Shown here: positions 44,159 through 52,886 of the stretch, piece by piece
How positions within the stretch are numbered: position 1 is the stretch's first letter
How the letters are laid out: the number at the start of each line of letters is the position of its first letter
Source: a bacterium
Lineage (GTDB): Bacteria > Patescibacteriota > Minisyncoccia > Phycocordibacterales > UBA6899
Length of the DNA: 63,420 bases
NCBI GenBank assembly: GCA_021851895.1
Contig: JAJZQJ010000003.1
Location: forward strand, 1 to 63,420
Direction of reading: 5' to 3'
Notes under the pieces: model-generated
The model's input: the letters and a program-made list of their open reading frames with translations, nothing else
Database searches by the model: none
Told to the model about the DNA's origin: nothing
Made by a program: the position numbers and the translations under genes

Positions 44159-46645
44159 ATGAATAAAGGAAGATCAGAGCGCTATGATCATAAGCAAATA
44201 GAGGATAAGTGGCATGAACATTGGAATGCTATGTCGCTTTATCGTACTCAAGAAGACCCTTCGAGGCCGAAGTGTTATGTACTCGACATGTTTCCATATC
44301 CATCTGGAGACGGATTGCATGTCGGTCACCCGAAGGGCTACATCGCTACGGATGTCTATTCTCGATTCAAGCGTATGCAGGGTTTTAACGTTCTGCATCC
44401 TATGGGCTGGGACGCCTTTGGTCTTCCTGCAGAGCAGTTTGCGCTGAAGAATAAGGTGCATCCTAGTACTGCTGTCGCGAAGAATTGCCATCGATTCAAA
44501 GAGCAACTTGAGAAGATAGGTTTTAACTATGATTGGGAAAGAGAGATCAATACCACTGATCCTAATTATTACAAATGGACACAGTGGATATTTTTGCGTC
44601 TCTTTGAGCGAGGCCTCGCTTATCAGTCGAATGAGCCTATTAATTGGTGTCCTTCGTGTCTGACTGGCCTCGCTAACGAGGATCTTGATGGAGACCGATG
44701 TGAGCGCTGCGGTACAAAGGTTGAGAAAAAGCCTATAAGGCAATGGGTGCTCCGCATCACTGCTTATGCTGATCGCATGCTTGAAGATCTCGATTTGCTG
44801 GAGTGGCCAGCATCCATCAAGGAGAGTCAGCGCAATTGGATAGGGAAGAGCGAGGGTGCAATGATCGATTTTGTGCATGACGGTGCTACTACAAGCGTTG
44901 CGCCGCTTTCTGTATTCACGACGAGACCAGATACTTTATTTGGCGTAACCTATGTTGCAATCAGTCCCGAGCTCACTTTGCGCTACCTCGCTGAGAAGAT
45001 CATTCATGAAAACGCTGAGATCGAGGATTTCGCAAAGAATCTTATTGCAGAGGCGGCAGATGTCGAATATGGTGCTGTTACTGAAAAGAGGGGCGCTTTC
45101 ACTGGTGCATATGTCATTCATCCGATCACCCAGGCGAAGATCCCATTATGGGTCGCAAATTACGTGCTGAGTGATTATGGGACGGGTGCAGTGATGGGTG
45201 TTCCCGCACATGATGTGCGTGATTTCGATTTTGCAAAGCAGTATGGCATCGACGTGCTCACTGTAGTTTCGCCTCAAAAAGATACACCATCTGATACCCA
45301 TCTCATGGAAGCCTATGAGGGAGATGGATATCTCATAAATTCCAGGGAATTCAATGGACGAGAAAATAGGGAGGCGATTGTTGCAATTGTGAAAGCGGCA
45401 AAGGGAAAGCAGCAAACGCAGTACCGACTGAAGGATTGGGTATTTGCACGTCAGCGCTATTGGGGTGAACCTATCCCACTCGTGTTCGAGGGGGACTCTG
45501 ACGTCGCATATCCTGTCGATGAGAGTGATCTCCCTGTGCTCCTGCCTCAGGTGGAATTCTATGAACCTACCGGCACTGGGGAGTCTCCTCTTGCAGGCAT
45601 ACCTGAATGGGTGAATGTGAAGGGGTACATCACAGAGAGAGGGACATTCAAGCTCGTTACGAATGAGCATCCCGCACCAGTAGGCACGAAGGTAAAGGAT
45701 TTCCGCAGAGAGACAAATACAATGCCTCAATGGGCAGGTTCCTCTTGGTACTACTTACGCTATATCGACCCAAAGAATAATGAGAAACTCGTTGATCCGA
45801 CGCTAGAACACTATTGGTCTCCTGTAGATGTGTATGTCGGCGGAGCCGAGCATGCGACACGCCACCTTATTTATGCACGTTTCTGGCATAAGGTACTTTA
45901 CGATATCGGCGTTGTTTCAAAACCTGAGCCATTTGCTCGCTTACAGAATGTGGGATTGATCATGGCTTCGGATGGTCGCAAGATGTCAAAGCGCTATGGA
46001 AATGTGATCAACCCCGATGACGTTATTGAGACGTTCGGCGCTGATTCACTTCGACTCTACGAGATGTTCATGGGGCCATTTGATCAGTCGATCGCTTGGT
46101 CGACGGACAATATGGTGGGAGCGCGTCGTTTCGTCGAGCGCGTTTGGAAACTCGCAGATAAGGTTGGGGACATTGAGGAGGATAAGCTCACTGAGGTGCT
46201 CCTTCATCAGACGATCGCAAAAGTAGGTGCTGATATCGAAGCTTTCAAGTTCAATACTGCCGTTGCGCAATTGATGATTTGTCTCAATGGGCTTGAAAAG
46301 CTTGTCGCTGTTCCTTTGCGGTCCTATAGGGCATTCTTGCTTTTGCTCGCCCCTTTCGCGCCGCACATGACCGAGGAGGTCTGGCTGCGTTTTGAGGAAT
46401 CTGAGTCAATACATATTCAGCAGTGGCCGATATTCGATCCCGCAAAGACGGTAGGGAACACTGTGGCGATTGCGGTTCAAGTCGGCGGGAAGCATCGTGA
46501 TACGCTGCACCTCGAGAGAGATGCGTCGAAAGAGGATGTTGAAAAGACTGCCCGCGAACGCGATCTTGTGAAAAAGTGGATCGATGGTGTCGAGGTAAAA
46601 AAGGTAATCGTCGTCCCTAATAAGATCATCAATTTCGTCATATAG
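44159..46645 (+). CDS. leuS: leucine--tRNA ligase
   Basis: YVLDMFPYPSGDGLHVGHP (HIGH), KMSKR (KMSKS), CP1 editing domain. Start at MNKGRSERY after TATATT plus 6 nt. Confidence 0.95.
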   Translation: MNKGRSERYDHKQIEDKWHEHWNAMSLYRTQEDPSRPKCYVLDMFPYPSGDGLHVGHPKGYIATDVYSRFKRMQGFNVLHPMGWDAFGLPAEQFALKNKVHPSTAVAKNCHRFKEQLEKIGFNYDWEREINTTDPNYYKWTQWIFLRLFERGLAYQSNEPINWCPSCLTGLANEDLDGDRCERCGTKVEKKPIRQWVLRITAYADRMLEDLDLLEWPASIKESQRNWIGKSEGAMIDFVHDGATTSVAPLSVFTTRPDTLFGVTYVAISPELTLRYLAEKIIHENAEIEDFAKNLIAEAADVEYGAVTEKRGAFTGAYVIHPITQAKIPLWVANYVLSDYGTGAVMGVPAHDVRDFDFAKQYGIDVLTVVSPQKDTPSDTHLMEAYEGDGYLINSREFNGRENREAIVAIVKAAKGKQQTQYRLKDWVFARQRYWGEPIPLVFEGDSDVAYPVDESDLPVLLPQVEFYEPTGTGESPLAGIPEWVNVKGYITERGTFKLVTNEHPAPVGTKVKDFRRETNTMPQWAGSSWYYLRYIDPKNNEKLVDPTLEHYWSPVDVYVGGAEHATRHLIYARFWHKVLYDIGVVSKPEPFARLQNVGLIMASDGRKMSKRYGNVINPDDVIETFGADSLRLYEMFMGPFDQSIAWSTDNMVGARRFVERVWKLADKVGDIEEDKLTEVLLHQTIAKVGADIEAFKFNTAVAQLMICLNGLEKLVAVPLRSYRAFLLLLAPFAPHMTEEVWLRFEESESIHIQQWPIFDPAKTVGNTVAIAVQVGGKHRDTLHLERDASKEDVEKTARERDLVKKWIDGVEVKKVIVVPNKIINFVI

Positions 46646-46651
46646 ATCAAA

Positions 46652-46683
46652 ATCGAACGCTATTTCTGGCGTTCGATTTTTCG
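46652..46683 (+). terminator. intrinsic terminator
   Basis: aaaatcgaacgc-loop-gcgttcgatttt. Confidence 0.7.
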
Positions 46684-46835
46684 TTCCCCGTAAGACAATG
46701 GCCTAGGAGGGCCATAGATGGGTAATTTCCACCATGGAAATATACTTGACATCTTACCTATATATGATAGAAATAGTCATAACACGTATTGGAGGGAATA
46801 TGTCAATACTGTTTTATTTGTGTTAGTTTTTCATT

Positions 46836-47876
46836 ATGTCTACCACAGTTAACATAACTTTTAAGCCGAAGGCGGTCGTACGGCAGCTTCTTTCTGTCCC
46901 AAATGATCGCAATCAAGACGTGCTCATCCGTCGTTATGGGCTCGGCGCAGATCCCACCCGAATGACCCTTGAGGCAATCGGTGATCTTTATGGTATCACT
47001 CGTGAGCGCGTGCGTCAGATCGAAAACACCGCGCTTGCAGCAATTCGTAAATCTCCAACATATCGTGAATTGCTTCCCGCATTCAACGAACTCCGAGATG
47101 CTATGGTCGCACTTGGCGGCATTGTGCACGAACGTGATTTCCTCAATGCAATTTCGAGTGACCACGTGACTCAGCAGCACATCCATTTTCTCCTCGTTGT
47201 CGGTGATCTTTTCATCAAGCACAAGGAGAATGATGATTTTGAGCACAGCTGGACCATAGACAAGGAGCTCGCTGATCGCGTTCATGATTCCCTCCAAAAA
47301 CTTTATGCTTCACTCGGAAACGATGATCTCATTGAAGAGTCGAAGTTGATCGATCGTTTCTTGTCACATCTTCGTGAGGTCAATGCGGAATACGCTCGTG
47401 AAGAGGTCTACCGCCGCTGGCTCAATCTCTCACGCCGGCTCTCAAAGAATCCACTCGGCGAATGGGGACGTTCACAGTCACCAAACGTTTCTGCGCGTGG
47501 TATTCGTGATTACGCATTCCTCGTTTTACGCAAGCATGGCTCACCGATGCATTTCCGTGAGGTTGCTAACGCGATCGAACAGAATTTCCGAAGGGAAGCG
47601 CATATTGCTACTACACATAACGAGTTGATCAAGGATAAGCGTTTCGTACTTGTTGGTCGTGGCCTCTATGCACTCTCAGAGTGGGGATATTCGACTGGAA
47701 TCGTTCGTGACGTCATCCGTGATCTTCTTCAGAAGCATGGCGCATTGCACCGCGACGAAATCGTCGAGCGTGTCATGCGTGAGCGCTATGTGAAGGAGAA
47801 CACTGTTGTGGTTAATCTTCAGAATGTCCGCTTCTTCAAGAAGAACAAGGACGGCAAATACGAATGCCTTGCCTAG
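46836..47876 (+). CDS. sigma-70 region-4-like HTH fused to a C-terminal HARE-HTH domain
   Basis: N-terminal RYGLG...TLEAIGDLYGITRERVRQIENTALAAIRK. C-terminal MHFREVANAIE...KDKRFVLVGRGLYALSEW. Confidence 0.65.
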   Translation: MSTTVNITFKPKAVVRQLLSVPNDRNQDVLIRRYGLGADPTRMTLEAIGDLYGITRERVRQIENTALAAIRKSPTYRELLPAFNELRDAMVALGGIVHERDFLNAISSDHVTQQHIHFLLVVGDLFIKHKENDDFEHSWTIDKELADRVHDSLQKLYASLGNDDLIEESKLIDRFLSHLREVNAEYAREEVYRRWLNLSRRLSKNPLGEWGRSQSPNVSARGIRDYAFLVLRKHGSPMHFREVANAIEQNFRREAHIATTHNELIKDKRFVLVGRGLYALSEWGYSTGIVRDVIRDLLQKHGALHRDEIVERVMRERYVKENTVVVNLQNVRFFKKNKDGKYECLA

Positions 47877-47885
47877 GCAACAAAA

Positions 47886-47912
47886 TAAAAGACCCGCTCG
47901 GGTCTTTTATTT
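47886..47912. terminator. bidirectional intrinsic terminator
   Basis: aaaagaccc-gctc-gggtctttt. Confidence 0.7.
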
Positions 47913-48398
47913 TTTATTTTCAATAATATTTCGCTTGTACTCCTCACGCTCTTTGCATGCGGTGCAGAGACCAAAGTATTCAACCGTATGATACGTGATG
48001 CTATCGTAGTGGGGGATCTGTGCTTTAAGATGTGGCTCGAAGTCCTCGTAGAAGCATCCTTCGATGTCATCGTGTCGCTTACATCCAGTGCAAGTAATGT
48101 AGTGATGGTGTCGTTTGTCGTCGTGAAGTTCATAGTATGCGGCGTCTTCTCCAAAGTCATCTCTATGCACTATTCCTTTTTTAACGAAAGTCTCAATGGT
48201 ACGATAGATCGTGACCATATTCATATCTTCATCGGTCAATTGTATTCGCTCGAAGATATCTTTGACACGCAGTGGCTTTTTCGCGTCAGTAAGCACACGA
48301 AGGACCTTGCCGCGTGCTCCAGTTGCCTTAAGACCTGTCTCTCTGATTAGTTGAGACATCGTCTTCGACTCACCTTGACGATTTTTTGTTGCTTGCAT
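47907..48398 (-). CDS. Fur-family metalloregulator
   Basis: Winged HTH (RVLRVLTDAKKPLRVKDIFERI...VTIYRTIETFVKKGIV), HHHYITCTGCK...C metal sites. Confidence 0.8.
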   Translation of the reverse strand: MQATKNRQGESKTMSQLIRETGLKATGARGKVLRVLTDAKKPLRVKDIFERIQLTDEDMNMVTIYRTIETFVKKGIVHRDDFGEDAAYYELHDDKRHHHYITCTGCKRHDDIEGCFYEDFEPHLKAQIPHYDSITYHTVEYFGLCTACKEREEYKRNIIENKK

Positions 48399-48507
48399 GT
48401 ATAAATTGTATAGTAACTTACAATAACAACAATATCACAATTGTGGACAATGTGTGGATAGTTACTATACTCTATATACTAACAAAAAACATGCTTTTTG
48501 GCATGTC

Positions 48508-49329
48508 TTATTGCTGTGGCTCAGGCTCGGCCATTCTGATGTTCTCTTGCTCCGTGCGAACGGCTTCCTTGATGTCTTTACTGATATAACGTTCTATGGC
48601 GTTATAAGGAAGTATAAACTCGATCGAGCTTCTCGTCGCTGTATTGGGATCAGGATCCTTATCAACGCTTACGAGAAGTCCATCCCTTGATAATGCGTGC
48701 TGATCATCTCTAAGAAGTGCCTGGTTGATGGCAGCTGAGGATAGGCCTTTTGCATTCTCTTGCTTTGAAAGGAGAAGAGCGGTATTCATCATCGCGTCAT
48801 TTCCTGCGAAGAGATCCTTTGCCTCAAGCGCCTTCGCTTGCATGAGATCGAACGTAATGTAGCGCACATACTGTTCTGGGTGAGGGATTTGAGCGAGCAT
48901 TGTGCTTTCGGTGACTGCGATCGATATGATCCGTGGAGTTGCGAGCAGCACTTTGCTACTGAGTGTGAACGTATTCAGTGTCCCTATGGTCGTGCTTGCG
49001 TTGGTGTTGCCTCTTTTTGATTCAGAACGAAAGCGTCCTATGGCGTCATCGATGAAGCGTGCGATATATGCATTTGCTCTATCGGCTGCTACGGGATCGC
49101 TGTATATAAGAATCTTGGGAGTGTCATAATTTAACACGGTGAGCGTCGCAGGTTCATCTTTCGTCGTATGCGAAATAGTGATGAGCGGCACTTCCTTTCC
49201 AAGTGCCGTGCTCAGTGGTGTCGTGTGCGCACTCGCTTCCTCTTGCTCATTTCTTGACGTAATGACGTGGAAGGCGAGATAGACCCCAGCGAATAGTAAG
49301 ATTATTGTAAAAAGTGCGCGTAAGCTCAT
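48508..49329 (-). CDS. secreted/anchored hypothetical protein (possible DUF3298/RsiV-like fold)
   Basis: N-terminal signal anchor. Weak resemblance only. Confidence 0.4.
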   Translation of the reverse strand: MSLRALFTIILLFAGVYLAFHVITSRNEQEEASAHTTPLSTALGKEVPLITISHTTKDEPATLTVLNYDTPKILIYSDPVAADRANAYIARFIDDAIGRFRSESKRGNTNASTTIGTLNTFTLSSKVLLATPRIISIAVTESTMLAQIPHPEQYVRYITFDLMQAKALEAKDLFAGNDAMMNTALLLSKQENAKGLSSAAINQALLRDDQHALSRDGLLVSVDKDPDPNTATRSSIEFILPYNAIERYISKDIKEAVRTEQENIRMAEPEPQQ

Positions 49330-49341
49330 GTGTAAAAGGGT

Positions 49342-49776
49342 TTATATTTTGAGGCCGTCCTTCTTCTCGCGTCTCTTTGTGCATTTCTCACAACGACAGC
49401 CAAGAGGCTTTATGTGTACGTCAAAATACTCCTTACCATAATCGTAAGTTATTTCTTCTCCTTTCGCAATATGTTTTGTCGATACGATCCAGACATGACC
49501 CTTTTTAATGTCACTCTCAGCGTTTGGACCACAGGAGTGATTTGCATAGCGAGCGGTATTGTAACGAGGGCTTCCATCAATGTCGAGCTTTGAGCTAACG
49601 TTAAAGATGTATTTATTCGCATCTTCATCGGAGGAGGAACGTACGATGCCAATGTATTCAATTATTCGGGCTCCCTTGGGTATATCCTCGTCTGCGAATA
49701 ACCCAAGCCCTGCGGACGAACGTTTTACTTTCAGTTTGTAATTAGCGTGCGGCTCTGTGCGTGTTTCGATGATCAT
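49342..49776 (-). CDS. SET-domain protein (putative lysine methyltransferase)
   Basis: GARIIEYIG, ARYANHSCGPNA (NHSC), EEITYDYG, post-SET CRCEKC. Start MIIETRT with AAGAGG 6 nt upstream. Confidence 0.8.
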   Translation of the reverse strand: MIIETRTEPHANYKLKVKRSSAGLGLFADEDIPKGARIIEYIGIVRSSSDEDANKYIFNVSSKLDIDGSPRYNTARYANHSCGPNAESDIKKGHVWIVSTKHIAKGEEITYDYGKEYFDVHIKPLGCRCEKCTKRREKKDGLKI

Positions 49777-49891
49777 ACAGTGCCTCTTATCGTACTGAAT
49801 AAAGATAAACTGAGAAGGGGATAGGACTATTGACATATACTATATATGTGTTATTATCATTACTGGCAAAATAGCCTGAAAGGAGGTCCCC

Positions 49892-50323
49892 GTGTCACTT
49901 TCGATGCGTCATTTCATGTTGTTCTTCGTGTTCGCAGCAGTGTTGTCCGCGGGATCTCCGAGGAGGAGTACACAAGTTTATGTTCCTGGAAAGGAAACAG
50001 ACTTCTACCTCGCTGAAACCGGTGTTGCGTCGTGGTATGGTCCGGGGTTCGTCGGTAAGCTCATGGCTAATGGTGAACCTTATGATCCGATGCGGTATAC
50101 GATCGCGCATAGGACGATTCCTCTTGGGGAAGTCGTAACCATCTACTGCAAACGGACTGGAAAGACTGTGGTGGCGAGGGTGACCGATCGTGGACCCTAC
50201 GTCGACGGTCGCATAGCAGATATGTCCTATCTCGTCATGAGTACACTCGGACTGGTTCGCGATGGTGTCGGCGAGGTTGAGATCTATCGAACCGCTGACG
50301 CAATCGCACAATCGCGCAAATGA
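49892..50323 (+). CDS. RlpA-like double-psi beta-barrel lytic transglycosylase
   Basis: GVASWYGPGFVGKLMANGEPYD...VARVTDRGPY. AAGGAGG SD plus GTG start. Confidence 0.8.
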   Translation: MSLSMRHFMLFFVFAAVLSAGSPRRSTQVYVPGKETDFYLAETGVASWYGPGFVGKLMANGEPYDPMRYTIAHRTIPLGEVVTIYCKRTGKTVVARVTDRGPYVDGRIADMSYLVMSTLGLVRDGVGEVEIYRTADAIAQSRK

Positions 50324-50363
50324 GGATACCCAGTATCCTCATTTTTTACTACCCATACATGTT

Positions 50364-50392
50364 TTGACAATCACTTAATAGCATGTTACTAT
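50364..50392 (+). promoter_or_regulatory. canonical sigma-70 promoter TTGACA-N17-TACTAT (with TGt extension)
   Basis: ttgaca 50364-50369, tactat 50387-50392. Predicts a ~240-nt 5' UTR for the DEAD-box helicase gene. Confidence 0.6.
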
Positions 50393-50639
50393 AGACACAT
50401 CTCATCGTACTCCACGCTTCGCGTTCTGCTTTGTGCAGTTAAGGGGTTTGTGGGACGCGTAATGTACTCCGCATACTTTTTCAAAGTATGCACACCTCGT
50501 GGGCAACGCCCATTGTTTCAATATTTCTCCCGTGCTCTGGTATCACTGTTCCGAGAGATGCTCGAAATAAAGAGAAGTCACGTTCTTCTCGCTTTGTCGT
50601 GTTTTATTTTTTGCATTACGCAATAATTTCAATTCCAAA

Positions 50640-52103
50640 ATGGAACATAATAAAAATAATAATAATCAGCGTCGCGGACGCGCTTTTGCTCGCGGGCCTC
50701 GACGCGATGGTGCGCAGTCTCGCGCAAATACTGGAGGTTCTACAAGAGCACGTCATGATGTCCCTTTGCATGCGCAGAGAAAACAGCATGCTACTGTAGA
50801 CTCTTCACAGGCAACACATCGACGTCGCCCTATGGTGCTCGGTGGCATTGGTGGTGGCGGACGATACGAACCAAGTGAGCGTGAAATGAGGCGTGCACGA
50901 AAAGGACCGGAAGCGCTTGCTGCCGACGACGTCTTCAAGGAGGTCGTTGAGGGTAAGAAGCCAGCACGAACTACTGTGAAGAAATCGGGGCAGCCAGTTA
51001 TCGATGCAAGTCGATTCATCAATCGTGCCGTGACTGTTGAGCAAGATGCACCATATATGCCAACGCATCAATTCACGGATTTTAAGATCCATGAGCAGAT
51101 AAAGGCGAATATCGCCGCAAAAGGCTATGTCATCCCAACAGCTATTCAAGATCAGACCATTCCACAAGCACTTGAAGGAAGGGATGTGATCGGTATCGCA
51201 AATACCGGCGAGGGTAAGACCGCGGCATTCATTATTCCGATGCTCGACAAGCTTGTACGTCATCCGCAAGGGTCAGTGCTTGTCGTCACGCCAACGCGTG
51301 AGCTCGCAGTGCAGATCGAAGAGGAATATATGGGCTTTAGTAAGGGTATGCACATGCCCTCAGCATTGCTCGTGGGTGGACAGGCAATGGGTCATCAGAC
51401 CGATCGCTTGCGCCGTGGTGCTCGCGTCATCATTGGTACTCCAGGCCGTATAAAGGATCATATCGAACGAGGAAATCTTGTGATGTCTCGAGTGCATAAT
51501 TTTGTGCTTGACGAGGCGGATCGTATGTTGGACATGGGTTTCATCCATGACATACGTTTTCTTATTTCCAAGATGCCGGAAGTACGCCAGACATTGTTCT
51601 TCTCAGCAACTTTTGCCAAGGAGATCGAGGCACTATCGTCATCATTTTTGCGTGATCCCGTTCGCGTTTCAGTGAAGAAGCGCGAGACAGGAAAGAATAT
51701 CAATCAGGATGTCGTGTACGTCGCTGATAGGCAGGAGAAGTTCCAAAGATTGACCGAGATACTCGCACGTCCAGAAGTTGAGAAAGTCCTCGTCTTTGGT
51801 CGTACAAAGCATGGAGTGGACAAGCTCGGACGTATCCTCTTCCGTACTGGTTTCGCTGCAGTCGCTATTCATGGTGACAAGTCGCAGCGAGAGCGTCTGC
51901 GTGCATTGCGTGATTTCAAGGAGAATAAGGCAAAGATCCTCGTCGCAACCGATGTTGCGGCTCGAGGCCTTGATATCCCTGATGTTTCTCATGTCGTGAA
52001 TTATGATGCCCCAGAGAATTTCGATGATTATGTGCACCGCATCGGCCGTACTGGTCGTGCGGGCAAGAAGGGAACGGCATTTACGTTTGTAGAAAGACCG
52101 TAG
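50640..52103 (+). CDS. DEAD-box ATP-dependent RNA helicase with Arg/Gly-rich N-terminal extension
   Basis: Q motif, TGEGKTAAF, DEAD (VLDEADRMLD), SAT, HRIGRTGRAG. Confidence 0.9.
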   Translation: MEHNKNNNNQRRGRAFARGPRRDGAQSRANTGGSTRARHDVPLHAQRKQHATVDSSQATHRRRPMVLGGIGGGGRYEPSEREMRRARKGPEALAADDVFKEVVEGKKPARTTVKKSGQPVIDASRFINRAVTVEQDAPYMPTHQFTDFKIHEQIKANIAAKGYVIPTAIQDQTIPQALEGRDVIGIANTGEGKTAAFIIPMLDKLVRHPQGSVLVVTPTRELAVQIEEEYMGFSKGMHMPSALLVGGQAMGHQTDRLRRGARVIIGTPGRIKDHIERGNLVMSRVHNFVLDEADRMLDMGFIHDIRFLISKMPEVRQTLFFSATFAKEIEALSSSFLRDPVRVSVKKRETGKNINQDVVYVADRQEKFQRLTEILARPEVEKVLVFGRTKHGVDKLGRILFRTGFAAVAIHGDKSQRERLRALRDFKENKAKILVATDVAARGLDIPDVSHVVNYDAPENFDDYVHRIGRTGRAGKKGTAFTFVERP

Positions 52104-52133
52104 CCAGTATTACTGAACAACCATATTACATCT

Positions 52134-52859
52134 ATGCAAACTCGTTTAGACAAGCTTGTCGTTGAAAACGGAATCGCCCCATCACGTGCGCGTGCACAGG
52201 CGATGATAGAGTCTGGCAAGATCACGGTGAATGATATCGTTGTCGTTAATTCGTCGCGTATGTTCAGTGAAGGTGATATGGTGCGGGCACTAACGCCGGA
52301 TATTCCATGGGTCTCGAGAGCAGCCTTGAAGCTCATACATGCCCTCGATCACTTTGCATTAGACCCAAATGGTAGGATCGCTCTCGATATCGGTGCTTCA
52401 ACGGGAGGCTTCACTGAGGTGCTGCTCGAGAGGGGTGCAAAACACGTATATGCGATCGATGTCGGCACGAATCAGATGCATGAGCGTCTGATCAATGATG
52501 ATCGTATTACCCTCCGAGAAGGAGTACACATCCGAGACGTCAAGCGTGAGGACTTCGATGAATTACCATCACTCATTGTCATCGATGTGTCTTTCATCTC
52601 TCTTACGAAGGTTCTTCCTTTGGCGCAAGAATTACTTGCGCCTCATGGAGATGTCGTGGCGCTCATAAAACCTCAATTCGAAGTTGGAAAAGAGCATATA
52701 GGAAAGGGGGTTGTCCGAGATCCTACGCTCCATGCTGAGGTATGCGATCGTATCGTAGGACTATCGCAAGATCTTGGTTTTATCGTGCAGGGACCTATTG
52801 AATCGCCAATTGAGGGCGGGGATGGAAATGTAGAATTCCTGATTCATCTTTCGCGTTAA
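52134..52859 (+). CDS. tlyA: TlyA-family rRNA 2'-O-methyltransferase (S4 plus FtsJ domains)
   Basis: RLDKLVVENGIAPSRARAQAMIESGKITVN, DIGASTGGFTEVLL. Confidence 0.85.
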   Translation: MQTRLDKLVVENGIAPSRARAQAMIESGKITVNDIVVVNSSRMFSEGDMVRALTPDIPWVSRAALKLIHALDHFALDPNGRIALDIGASTGGFTEVLLERGAKHVYAIDVGTNQMHERLINDDRITLREGVHIRDVKREDFDELPSLIVIDVSFISLTKVLPLAQELLAPHGDVVALIKPQFEVGKEHIGKGVVRDPTLHAEVCDRIVGLSQDLGFIVQGPIESPIEGGDGNVEFLIHLSR

Positions 52860-52886
52860 AAAACTCCGCTTTTGCGGAGTTTTTTA
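52858..52886. terminator. bidirectional intrinsic terminator
   Basis: aactccgc-tttt-gcggagtt. Confidence 0.7.
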
